A stretch of DNA of 64,000 nt from contig AP026136.1 in assembly GCA_030295235.1 (NCBI GenBank), positions 434,001-498,000 on the forward strand, given 5' to 3'. The DNA comes from Fistulifera solaris. Lineage: Eukaryota. Shown here in pieces: positions 1 through 11,455 of the stretch (its first letter is position 1; each line of letters starts with the position of its first letter). A model generated the notes under the pieces. It saw only the letters and a program-made list of their open reading frames with translations, was not told the DNA's origin and did not search any database. Both the position numbers and the translations under genes were made by a program.

Positions 1-222
1 AGCAGCGTACGTGAGGCAAGAATGCATAAGCACCTTCACAAAATTTCTACAAATTATTACAAGACCTCATAAACAAAGGGTATCACACATTAATTGTCTT
101 TCTTGTCATCTTCCTCGTAGCTTACAAATAACGGTACACTGTCTTCCAATTGAAACGCTTTCCGACTCGAGTTTCGCACCACAACAATGTTCCGCCCTCA
201 CAAGACACACGTGAGGCGAAGG

Positions 223-723
223 ATGGAAGACGTCGAATACTGGCGCAAACGCGCGGGTTGGTTTGATGATGATACCTCGATGCAGAGCTACAACAACGGT
301 GTATACGATGCCTATTATCAAGCGGACGACGATGGATCGCACAAAAATAGGAACGCCCACAATGCAAAGAAGGCCGCAAAAGCTGCGAGAGCCGAGAAGA
401 TGAAGAAGGCTGTCAAAGTATTGACCGTATTGATTTCGGTCGTTCTCATACTTTTCATGTTCAGGCTGATTTGTCGGCGAATGGCAGATGCTACAAAAGA
501 CAAAAAGAAAAAAACTGATAGCAAATCTACGGATGGCAGTAAGCCACGAAGCAGAAGTCGTTCGCGCTCGAGGAAAGGAGAATATGATCTATTGCAAGAC
601 GACAAAAGTGAGTCGCGAGGTAAGCGGAGCAGAAGCAAGAGTCGAACAAAAACTAGAAGCCGTAGTAGAACACGGACGCGTTCGACCTCTCGGTCTCGTA
701 AAGAGAAACCTATCGTAGTATGA
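223..723 (+). CDS. Hypothetical single-pass membrane protein with basic RS-rich cytoplasmic tail
   Basis: ATG at 223; hydrophobic stretch VKVLTVLISVVLILFMFRLI followed by K-rich and RSRSRS repeats. Confidence 0.7.
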   Translation: MEDVEYWRKRAGWFDDDTSMQSYNNGVYDAYYQADDDGSHKNRNAHNAKKAAKAARAEKMKKAVKVLTVLISVVLILFMFRLICRRMADATKDKKKKTDSKSTDGSKPRSRSRSRSRKGEYDLLQDDKSESRGKRSRSKSRTKTRSRSRTRTRSTSRSRKEKPIVV

Positions 724-928
724 TCAAACGAAAACCAAGCGAATCCCCTCAACAATCATCAGATCCATGCAACGACTCAATTTCAACTCTATTCACATTC
801 ATTATAAATGATTACTTAGGCCTGTGTTGCTATTGAGCTATCGCTAAGCTGTGAATCTTTCGAGGGTTACAGCAAGACGAAAACTAGTAAGGAAATATTC
901 GTATTACACTTAAATGTTCGATTATGGT

Positions 929-2217
929 TTACGCTTTAACTTGGTGATAAGCCCAATTGAGCCAAGGCATTAAGGCTTCCACATCTGCTTGCTCAACGGT
1001 AGAACCACACCAGATACGAATAGAAGGTGGCGCGTCACGGTAACCTCCGATGTCCAACGCCACTCCCTCTTTCTCGAGAAGTGAAACAAACGCTTTGATT
1101 TGTTCAGCGGTGAGATCGAGAGTACAGCACACCGAAGTAGACGAGCGGATAGCGGGGTCCTTTGCGAGGAAATCAATCCAATCGTTTTCCGCGACAAACT
1201 TTTCAATCACGGCAAGATTGTTCAAACTGAGCTTCTTCAATCCAGGCACGCCACCGATGGAGTCAGCCCACTGCAGGGCGTCGATGTAATCTTCAACAGC
1301 CAACATACTAGGGGTGTTGATAGTAGAGCCTTTGAAAATGGAGGTGTCAACCTTTCCTTTCTTCGTCATACGGAAAATCTTGGGAAGAGGACGGTTTTCG
1401 GGAACATATGTTTCCAAACGTTCGACGGCGCGCGGGCTGAGAATGAGCACACCATGGCCACCTTCTCCACCAAGGACCTTTTGCCAAGAATACGTAGTGA
1501 CATCGAGTTTCTCCCAAGGCATATCCATCGCAAAGCAAGCTGACGTTGCGTCACAGAGGGTCAAACCCGTACGGTCGTCAGAGATAAAGTCACATCCGTC
1601 AGGAACTCGAACGCCCGAAGTTGTTCCGTTGAAAGTAAAGCAAATATCATGGTCGGGGTTTGTCTTAGAAAGATCAGGGAGCTCACCATAGTCAGCCGAG
1701 AACTCGTTGACTTCTACCAAGTCTTTCAGCTTCAAATGAGAGACGGCATCCCCGTACCATCCCTTGCCAAAAGATTCCCAGTAGCAAATATCCACATTTC
1801 GAGCTCCTAGCATGTTCCACATTGCCATTTCGTAAGCGCCAGTGTCAGAGGCAGGTACGATTCCGAGCAGGTAGTCATCAGGGAGACCCAAGATGCGCTT
1901 TGACTCGTCAATAGCCAGTGCGAGACGCTCTTTCCCGATTTTTGAGCGATGACTTCGACCCAGGATTCGTTTATCGAGAGCATCGACGTTGTAACCGGGT
2001 CTTTTCTTGCACGGTCCCGACGAAAACTCAGGGTTGGCAGGCTAAGAGAGCAGGCGACAATTCAAATTAGATATGGTCACAAGATCCGAACCAATCGGCG
2101 GAAACGCACCTTGGCGGCAGGAGGAGCCATGCTCATCATCCGAACCGACACTCGAGGCATGAATGTTGGCTGCTTGTGAGCAAAAGCCAAGAAGCGTGAG
2201 GAAGTTAAGCGCAACAT
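929..2217 (-). CDS. serC: Phosphoserine aminotransferase (Methanosarcina/alphaproteobacterial type) with N-terminal mitochondrial-like presequence
   Basis: Exon 1 2217-2110 ([36 protein letters not shown]), GT-AG intron 2109-2042, exon 2 in frame to 929. Motifs [44 protein letters not shown] (PLP lysine), [21 protein letters not shown]. Confidence 0.93.
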
Positions 2218-3787
2218 AGTAACTTTCTATTTTAGCTCAATCGAAGAGAATTGTGACCAGTTGGGTGTTAGATGTCCGACGTAATTGATGGGCGAAAGCG
2301 AAAAAGCGATGGATGGAGTGACGAGCCGCGGTTATCGCGAAGGTTTCCAACAGACGTGCAAATTCGCTGTGAACGTGCGGGAGGGATCGAACGTGCAGTG
2401 TGCAGTCGATCCATCCGACACTTTTGATTGGTCACCCCGTCTGTAAGACGCTCGCTTTCGTCGGGTCTTAGCCAACCAACCAACAACAAGTACCGTACCC
2501 GTACCGTACCGTATATCGTACTCCGTCCTCGTCTCTTTGTACTCCGTGCTCCTTACTATTCGTATTTGCAGTTGGTGCTACTGACTATTGCGTACTGCTC
2601 AGGGATTACGGTATAAAGCGCTCTAATTAACAAACAGCCACCGGACCGTTGGGGGTCTAAGTATCACTATTTGTTCAGTCGGTCGTGCGTCGTGCGTATC
2701 TCTTTTTCTTTTTCTCACCACAAAAGCTTGTACTCTAGTATGAAGTGTAGGGAGTTGCATCGTACCGCACTGAAAATGAAGGGTTTCCGCGTTTCCGTAT
2801 CTTTTCCCTTTTCATGTGCCAAAAGCCACGGACCACGGATCCATGATTTTCTTACAAAGAAAATTTCTTGAAGCAAGCGAATCCAACAGCACGTTCTTCC
2901 CTTTTATTTGTCGTCGCATCTCATTCCCTCACTTGCGCTACTTCACTTAGAAAAGGTCAGTTTCACGAGCAATTGTTGAAATGGATACGAATAATTCGGC
3001 AAAGTGTACACATCGTTTGTTTTTTCGAGGGTGTTAGCACGAATGTGAAAGAGTGAGGCGGCTTTCACTTGTCAATTACAATCGTAGAAGTAAAAAAACT
3101 GTTGAGAGTGCTGAGTATTCTATCCTCATCCAGACCTCTCATTGTCGTCGCTTTTCCAATCATACCAATCCCCGGTTGTTGGTCGTTGATCGTGATTCAT
3201 TCATCCTTCAACAAGGCTTTCGCTTTCAGCTTTCAGCATCTTCCAACACTTCCAACTTCCGGTTGATGGAATTACGTCATCTGATCGGAATGCGCTGTCC
3301 CCAAGTCGTCTTGCTGGTACAAAAAATAGATACTTCAAGTCTCGGTTTCGGATATTCCATTTTTGACTTCATCGCTTTCGTCAGCATGTGGACAGGATGT
3401 CCTACAGAGAGACAGAAAGTTCCTGGTCCCAACAAGACTTCTTTCGAATTGTCTTTTCCGAGATTTTCGATGTTCTGTTCTTTGCTCTTCGTCCATGCAC
3501 GTCATTTGTTGGTGTCTGTCGTTGTTTCTTTTTGACGTATAGTATACTCATCCCGAATCTGTTTCTACTGTTTGACTCTGACTGCTGATGTCTCACATCT
3601 ACATCAACCTTCGATCAGTCTGGCGCGACTGTATCCGCGGGCAATTCGGCCAAAAACATCGAACGAAAGGATCGGAAATTCTTTTCACAAACCAAAAGTG
3701 ATCTTTGGCAAAAAAAATTAATCAATTGGGGCTTCATAAAGTAATTTGAGCGTCAATTACAATTGCGCAAGATAGAAGAAAACGATC

Positions 3788-5289
3788 ATGCATGCTGCCG
3801 CAACGAAGCGACGATCGAGCTTAAAGCCTAGCTCGATTCATCGCAGCGGACACTCTCCTATGGATCTGTCAGGGACATTATCCTTTCGAGAAACTGTCTC
3901 AAAGGAGCTGGAAATCAGAAACAGCCTTGAATCTTCAGAAGTTCTTATTGGTTCGGTAGCTGAAGTGTTTTGTGTGGAGCATGAAAGATTGAACGAAACC
4001 CTGAATGTGACATCTGTTGAAGATACGATTTCATCTGTCCGAAAACGAAAGAGGATTGCGAGTCCTCATTTGAGTCTTTCTCTCTTTCGACGACCTGAAA
4101 ACACAGTTCGCTTGACAAAGTGCGATCTGTCGAGGAAGCTGGAGGTCGAGTATGATTGCCAAGGAAAATACTGCCGTGTTCTAGGACATGGAGCGTTTTC
4201 TACCGTCAGATCGGCTATCAGAAGACTAGATGGGATGAAGGTGGCAATCAAGAGTATTTCGAAACATGATGCGCTGAAAGCTAGGAGACTTCGTATCAGT
4301 GGAAGGACTTATGTAGAGGAGTGGGAGATATTAAAGCAGCTCAGTGAAAACCAACATGTCGTTTCGCTTCTGGACATTTTTGAAACAAGTGAAGAGATTC
4401 AGCTTGTTCTTGAATATTGTCCCGGCGGTGAACTTTTGACGCAATCCAAAGGAAGCAAAGTATGACATTGACAAAACATCAATACAAAGAAGAAGACGCT
4501 TCTTTGATTACTCAGCAAGTTCTACACGCACTTCAGGATATCCATAAGCGGGGGATCGCTCACAAAGACATTAAACCGGAAAATATTTTACTATTCAGTA
4601 CAGAGGAAAGTCGCTCAATTCATGTGAAACTCTGTGACTTTGAGATGGCGCGAGTGATTTGTCAAGATGGCGATGACAATCTATCCTGCGACGGAGATGC
4701 TTCTCCAGCCACTCCAAGTCGAACGCAGTCGTTTCAGTTGTTTGCATCGGACTATTACACAGCTCCCGAGTTACAACTAGGTTGTGGTCTGTACGATACG
4801 TCCGTGGATATGTTTTCTCTTGGTGTTACAGTTTACATTCTGCTCTGTGGATTTCCACCTGTCTTTGAAGGTAATGATTCTGACTGTGTGACCTTTCCTT
4901 CACTATACTGGAAGAACATTTCCGTGGAAGCCAAAGATTTCGTACGAAGCTTGCTTGCGTTTGAACCAGCGTACCGCATCAGCGCGGAACGAGCTATGAA
5001 GCATCCCTGGATTCGGAATAGCGATCGCTCTTCTGGAGTTCTTACTATAGCAGGCTTGACGACAGATGATATGCGCATGGCCTTGCTCAAGCAACGACTG
5101 TACCAGTGCCTCAAGCACCCAAAGTCTGAGTCTCTCGGACGAAGTCGCGGCAAAGACAAATATAGACAGCATCGAAAGCGGCCTCGAAGAGCTACAGTCA
5201 TACGAGTGAGTTTGGCCGAACTATGCGCAACAGGTGTGACAGCCGCGCCGTCAGTCGGAGCGATTGCTTCTTCGTCCATCGTAGAATGA
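3788..5289 (+). CDS. Ser/Thr protein kinase, CAMK-like
   Basis: LGHGAFSTV, VAIK, LEYCPGGEL, HKDIKPEN, CDFEMAR, YTAPE, DMFSLGV, LLCGFPP; frameshift at the T-run near 4434 joins ORFs 3788-4465 and 4462-5289. Confidence 0.88.
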
Positions 5290-5542
5290 AGACTATGTAA
5301 AAATGATGATATTAGATAACTATTGTCGAATCATTGCTTTCATCTACGTATAGTGGTAGTAACCTTAGTCAAGAAGTTCAAATGCAGCAGTATCAATAAT
5401 CAGTTCGCAACCGAATACTGGTACGACATTGAGTCAAACTGGTCATTGCGGCGGTCACGAAACACGAAATGATTGAGAACGCGTTGAACCACGCAAAATC
5501 ACAATGCCGCCTGAACAGCTCAACACTTGGCAGTAAGTCACC

Positions 5543-7327
5543 ATGGCCCCTAAGGTTGTCGATTCTACGACAGGAATCACCACAGCTGTGGATAGCAGTG
5601 CAGTTGCCGGGACGCCGGTCCCTCCAGCGGAAGGGGGGAATGGGAAAATCTTTGTATCGGTGGTCAGCTATCGAGGTACGAATGAACAAAGTCCAAAGAT
5701 GCCGCACTAAAACCATTTTCTCTGACTCTTTATTATTCGTCAGACGGGGAACGGTGCGGAGAAACGTTGAAATCAATATTCGAAAATGCCAAGGATCCTA
5801 ACCGTGTTGTGATAGGTTTGATCGAACAAAATGAGGCTCAAGATAAGTTTTGTTTGGAGGAATACTGCAAAGCATATGGTGCGTATCTGATGAGGAACAT
5901 GACTTTATGCAACAGGCAATCTGATTCACTTTTCTCGTTTGTCTATAGGTGTCACCACCATAGATCGTAGGAATATACGGGAAGGGATGACCAAAGTTGT
6001 CGCGAATCCAGAGGAGCTCAAAAAGTGTCCGCATGCCGATCAAGTCAAATACGGTGCGATATTTCACATTAATGCGAAGGGACCGATTTTTGCTCGTAGT
6101 TTGACTCGCAAAATTCTCGGAAACGAAGAATTCTGCATGCAAGTCGATGCTCACACATCGTTCGCGAAGCATTGGGATGAAATGGTATTAGAAGAGTGGC
6201 ACAACACAGAAAACGAGTTTGGTGTGATCACATCCGTACCACCGGCGAAAAGCGAGCAAGAAAGCTATATCGTCGGTGGAAGTAAAGGAACCGGGTTCCT
6301 AGACAGTGTAAGATCGATTTCCGTGAGAATCATTTTCCTGTAAGTGTTTTTGTTTGTATTATCTCAAGATTATTGCAAGTGCGAGATTTGCTGATAACAT
6401 TTTCATTGGAACAGGATTTTGAAACACCCGCGGACGGATATGCAGAAGATTTGGTAAAGCCTCTCCTGTCACATGGCTGGTCAGCGGCTTTTTCCTTTGC
6501 CAAATGTCATCTGGAAGAAAGTGCTCCTTACGATCCGTTCCTTCATTATGCCCTGCCGATTGAACAGTTTTCTAGATATGTTCGCTTCTGGACGCGAGGG
6601 TAAGCCTTTTTTGCGTAGTAAAGTGTTGATTTGTTCTCCCTTTCTTTTGCTCACAAACTTTGCGCAAGTTATGATACCTATACGCCAACTCGTAATATAG
6701 TATTTCACGACTATGGACCACAGCCAAATGGTCATGGCAATAATGAATGGTTCAAACGACAGCGAGACCGATTTCGCAAAGCTTCGATACAGCGAGTTCA
6801 AACAGCACTACAAATTGAAGGAGGTGAGACGGAAGAGAAGGCACAAGCCAATTTGGGCATCTATGGACTTGGCAAGCGACGAACACTACAACAGTTCCAA
6901 AAATTCGCCAATATGGACTTTAAAACACTGAAAGGAAATTCAGGGCCGAATCAACGATGCAGTGGAGCTCAATGGGTCCCCTATGATGCGAGCATTTCAC
7001 CTGTCGACAATTTATTTGACAATCCGGACAATTTAGACCCGCAACCCGAATTTCCTCTACGGTCTGAAATGGTGTTCTATGAACAAGTTGTTTTAAAATC
7101 GCCTCATGCGGCCTATACTCTTCCTCGGACGGAATATCATCATGTTTCAGCTCCTGTCAATGATACGCTGTCCTCGCTACCGTCGTTACCGGTGCTTTTT
7201 TATTCTCTGGGTTTTGGGATTAGTGTTCTGGTGCCTGTTTTGCATGAAACCGTCAAACAGAAAACCACGGCCGAAGAAAAAGAAATCTTTGGATCTTGTA
7301 GAGTCTGCTGCTTATAAAGACGTTTGA
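5543..7327 (+). CDS. GT60-family GlcNAc transferase (Skp1 Gnt1-like) with C-terminal transmembrane helix
   Basis: KIFVSVVSYR/D..CGETLKSIFENAKDP, KGPIFAR, FCMQVDAH, WSAAFSF, RFWTRG/YDTYTP. Introns 5676-5743, 5879-5948, 6340-6414, 6600-6668; frameshifts near 6292 and 7200; start codon uncertain. Confidence 0.8.
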
Positions 7328-7664
7328 AAGACAAGGTAACTCAACTGTGGAATAGGTCGTACAGAGTGAACTACTATTGATTAGGATGCCACTGTTAATG
7401 AACTTACTATTTATCGTGATCAATATTTCTCATGTCGAGCTTGTGAAGGGTTTGCAAATTACCACTCTAACACGAAGTCATTTTGAGGAGTCACGGCTGC
7501 TACCCAACTTTAAATTACAACGAAACCACATCCTCCCTCCAAGATGAAAAGGATGTTCATAAGGTAATTCTGTCAAATCACTTCCACTCAGCAGCCTTGT
7601 AAATGACATCAGAAAACGTACAAGACGAAATCGATTTGAGAGTTAAACGGTGGGATTCGTCCGT

Positions 7665-8420
7665 TCAGGGCGTCCTTGACGACATTGTGGGTTCCGATTG
7701 CTTTTGCGGTCCTCCTCCTGATCTGCGATAAATGAAACCTTGCGTAGTGTTCTTGATGGCCACACGATTGGCAGGGTTGTCCAGATACGTCAATATGGAG
7801 CTTTTGACAACATGATCCAACCTTGTCTGCTGCGACGGTATCAACGATAGCACGGATGACAGAGCCAGTGGAAAAATCGGTCCCATGGGCAATCCGACGA
7901 TTAGAGGCAATATCGCATTCTGCATCGCTTCCGACGGCAAGAAATCGACCGCGAGCTTGGAAAACTGAACATGTCCCAAGGCAGTGGGGTCGTACGGAAT
8001 ATCCGCAACCAAGATGTTTCGATGCCATATGGGTCGTTCTCGCTCTTTTTCACGTTCTGATTTCCTCCAGTTAGCATATTCTGTTCCAGCGAGATAATTA
8101 TCACGCTGCCATTGAATCGCTTTATATGCAGATTGAAACAGTTTCGTTTTTCGAATCATGTTCGGTTCTGTGGGTATGTGATCGTCAATGCGTATTGCTG
8201 CCATAACTTGGTCCGCATAGCCGCCTTCGTTCTCTTTCTCGGGTTCTTTTGGATTGACGTTCTCTTCTTTACTATCGGCGGGAGCTATTCCGTAGAATAT
8301 TGAATTAAGTAGACCTCTTACATGCTCAATAGCTGGATTGTCTTGCTGTTCAGAATGCTTCTGGTTTTTTGAAGGTTCCTGATCCACCTGGGAGCGAGAA
8401 CTTTCTCCGTTTCGACCCAT
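7665..8420 (-). CDS. Hypothetical protein
   Basis: 251-aa ATG-initiated ORF with protein-like composition, convergent with the GT60 gene. Confidence 0.6.
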   Translation of the reverse strand: MGRNGESSRSQVDQEPSKNQKHSEQQDNPAIEHVRGLLNSIFYGIAPADSKEENVNPKEPEKENEGGYADQVMAAIRIDDHIPTEPNMIRKTKLFQSAYKAIQWQRDNYLAGTEYANWRKSEREKERERPIWHRNILVADIPYDPTALGHVQFSKLAVDFLPSEAMQNAILPLIVGLPMGPIFPLALSSVLSLIPSQQTRLDHVVKSSILTYLDNPANRVAIKNTTQGFIYRRSGGGPQKQSEPTMSSRTP

Positions 8421-8875
8421 AACTTAGGCATCTAAATAAGCGACAAATGTGGAGGCACTCGTCCAAGCTATAGGGGTATATCTGATAATATGATGTTGAT
8501 CCTATGATCTCAAAGCTTCTCACCTAACAAAAATCCTTGACAAAATCGCCTTCCCTTTATTACGGAGTAATTTTGTTCTTTCCATTGCCACTAAGGTTTA
8601 GGATAGGATAAAATTAATTCAGCTGAACCGGTACTGGAAATAAATCTTCGATTATTCTCAAAACGTCTACCTCGAAAGTGGTGGCGTCACATGATGAACT
8701 TTTCGCGCCATTTTTTCCCACGACGTATCGACGCCGTATGCCGTGACATTCATTCGCCGCATCCATCAAGGATCGGGCATGACATCGACGAAATCGTTCT
8801 CGCTGTCACAAGATAAAAATACCTTAAGTGAAACTATCTTGCTTTCCTATTTCTTTGATCAAAGACGAGAGAAGA

Positions 8876-10065
8876 ATGCGGAAGAAGAACCGGACGTCAA
8901 GAATAGGGTTCATCTCCGCTCTTACACTTCTTTTTCATTGTGATGGATTCACTGCACGCGTTTCACCTTGGAGTTTGGTGAAGGAAAGGAGCGCTTTGAG
9001 TCTTTTTCGACAAGCTACTTCTGATAATGATGTTGTGGTAAGCGAATTATTCTTGTTGGGATTCTCCATCAAATTCTAATTTCCACTTTATGCCTTCAAG
9101 GAATGGAATGTTTATGTGGATCAATCCAAAGCCTCCTTAGAGAAACGCGCCAACACGGCGCTAGACGCATTCTAGCTTTAGCTCCCTCGTCGGTGGCAGT
9201 GACACCAGCGGTCTTTAAAAGTAAAGCCAAGGGAGGAATGATACGTTGCATTTCAAGTAAGAAGAACAAATCATTTGAAGTCAGTAATGTTGATTCGGTA
9301 GATAAGGTTTACCGGATACTGACCAAGCACATGGAGTTGGTAGGTATTTCTACTCACAGATCTCACTAGCGTATGAATTGTATAAGCTGACGCATGTTTC
9401 GGTTGCAGAAAGTCAGCACAAAAGTGTGCGATTGCCTCAAATGGAAATACAAAGGAAATGGCCACCTAGAAGCAGGACAAATTGATCTCGCTATTGATGC
9501 GTACGACAAAGCAATCGAAACGGAAGTTGGTCAGCAAGAAGGCATTGTTCTGTTAATGCGATCAACAGCTTATTTACAAAGAGCCATATCGCATAGAACG
9601 ACTTTGAAGGAGATTGTGAATGAGCTAATCGGGATGGTTCCATCGGCTCTCCCTTTTGTTTTTGATGAGGCCATCCGGCATCCCAGTCTTGCCAATGCCA
9701 TATTTCGAAAATTTGTCGAGCACACGGAGCGACAAGACAAACATTTTCGAAAAACACAATACCGACATGGGCTCTATCAGTACGCCTTACTCAAAGCAGC
9801 GCAAGATGCCATCCGCGCCACTCAATTACTGCCTTACTATGAAGTAGCCTGGTTACGGGCCGGTGAGATTCTCTCAGAGCTTTGGCGGCTGAAAGAGAGC
9901 GCACAGTATTACGAAAATGCTATCGAGCTCGATTCGTCGTTGGAGTCCTCACTCCGACCTGTGATTGAACGGCTTCGTCTTCGACAAGAGCTGCTGGACA
10001 CGGCTAGAGCGTACGGTTGGACCGAAGATATTCTCCGGTTAGCATTAGACTATCAGCGGGCCTAA
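8876..10065 (+). CDS. TPR-containing protein, probably plastid-targeted
   Basis: Signal-like N-terminus ending CDG-F; introns 9038-9100 and 9340-9408; TPR motifs KYKGNGHLEAGQIDLAIDAYDKAIE and AWLRAGEILSELWRLKESAQYYENAIELD; probable frameshift near 9150-9175. Confidence 0.75.
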
Positions 10066-10229
10066 TCCAGCTGTACTCTACAGTCAATCGACGTTAAATA
10101 TCTTGGAGACGGCATGTGAAACAACGAATCCCATACTACTGAATTCTTTATTCGGCATTATACTATGTATAGTCGTTAGTATCTCGCGTACTACGATTGA
10201 TTAATGATGGAAAAGAGAGGAAAGATGGC

Positions 10230-10976
10230 TTACACTTCTTTGGGGCAGTATAAGTAACTGGCCTTTAATCCATGCAAAGGATGGGACGGATTGGTTTTGA
10301 TCTCATTGAAATCTCTGCAAGTCCAATAATATTCACTGTTGATGTTGCGACAATCATATATTTTGCAAAAGTCGTCATCCGCTGTAGCAAGGTTGCACTC
10401 AACGCCATTGATTTTCAAAACACTAAACTGAGTTTCTGCATCCCAAAAGTAAAGACTTGGATAATCTTTATTGATGCCTTCCACAGCGAAAAGGAAATCG
10501 AATGATTTCTCTTCCACGACATTCCAGGAGCCGCTGTCCGCCCCGCTGGACGTTACTTTAATAAAAGCCTGATTGAGTTGGTAGTACCCTATCCCGTCTT
10601 CATCCTTGCTTGAAGGTAATGATAAGTAATAGGTAGTTTTGCTGCTATCAATGCAGGCGTCTTTACCTTCGAATGCACCGCACCCGCTGCAGCTTTCACA
10701 GGTAATGGTCAGGGAGCCAAAGCACAAGTTACACTCGCACGAGGATCCGAGGGCGGAGGTGATTAGCTGGTGTTCCTCATTGCATACATTTGAACCTTCA
10801 CACGGGTCGGTTGGAGCAGCTGTAGGTGGTGGTGGAACGTCCTCCTCACTGTCACGATCATCATTTCGTCCCAACCAATCACATGCTTCGATCCAGCGTT
10901 CCGGTGACGATGGTTCAGCTTGTACATTGTTTTCAAGCGAGATGAAGGCGACCCATCCCATCCAGAAGGTCTTCAT
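10230..10976 (-). CDS. Secreted cysteine-rich protein with PTAAPT linker
   Basis: Hydrophobic N-terminus, PPPPTAAPT, many Cys (CECNLC, CESCSGC, CKIYDCRNI). Confidence 0.65.
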   Translation of the reverse strand: MKTFWMGWVAFISLENNVQAEPSSPERWIEACDWLGRNDDRDSEEDVPPPPTAAPTDPCEGSNVCNEEHQLITSALGSSCECNLCFGSLTITCESCSGCGAFEGKDACIDSSKTTYYLSLPSSKDEDGIGYYQLNQAFIKVTSSGADSGSWNVVEEKSFDFLFAVEGINKDYPSLYFWDAETQFSVLKINGVECNLATADDDFCKIYDCRNINSEYYWTCRDFNEIKTNPSHPLHGLKASYLYCPKEV

Positions 10977-11359
10977 GATGAAAGTGACCGGCTGTTTGTT
11001 TGTGGCTTTTATGATTTATGATGATGCGAAAGCGGAAAGCGGTAAAGAGTGGGCGGTGGGCGACCAACCGTGACCGGGACTGAATGAATTACTACTTACT
11101 TACATTGAGGGCATCGGTAATCGGTACTGGTAACCATTCTCTCCACACCTAATCGTAGATCGTATGATCGTAGGTAGTCACACCATTTTAACTTTACATA
11201 GTACTCAGTACTCCTTTTAATGAAATGTGACCATTGATGACTGCGATTGTGACTATGACCTGTGACCCATGCAGAAAACACTTACTAACTACTAACAGTA
11301 CTGCGTACTGCGCACTGCACTCGCTCGCGCTTTTTCCGTTCAAATTTGATTAGTTACGC

Positions 11360-11455
11360 ATACGTCATGAACGAACCTTATTTACAAGGTAAATTTCTAA
11401 GTAACTCAACGAAGACGTTTTTATGACGTTATGACGTAGCAACAGCCAATCAGGA
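11360..11455. promoter_or_regulatory. Three TGACGT (bZIP-type) sites plus CCAAT box in a divergent promoter
   Basis: ACGTCA 11362-11367, tandem TTATGACG x2 at 11421-11436, AGCCAATCAG at about 11444-11453. Confidence 0.4.

Noticed and set aside
540..705. RS repeats suggesting an SR splicing factor
   Set aside because: No RRM, and the RS tract follows a transmembrane helix; treated as a low-complexity basic tail
3053..3535. 160-aa ORF upstream of the kinase
   Set aside because: Non-ATG start, no recognisable motif, composition like non-coding pyrimidine-rich DNA
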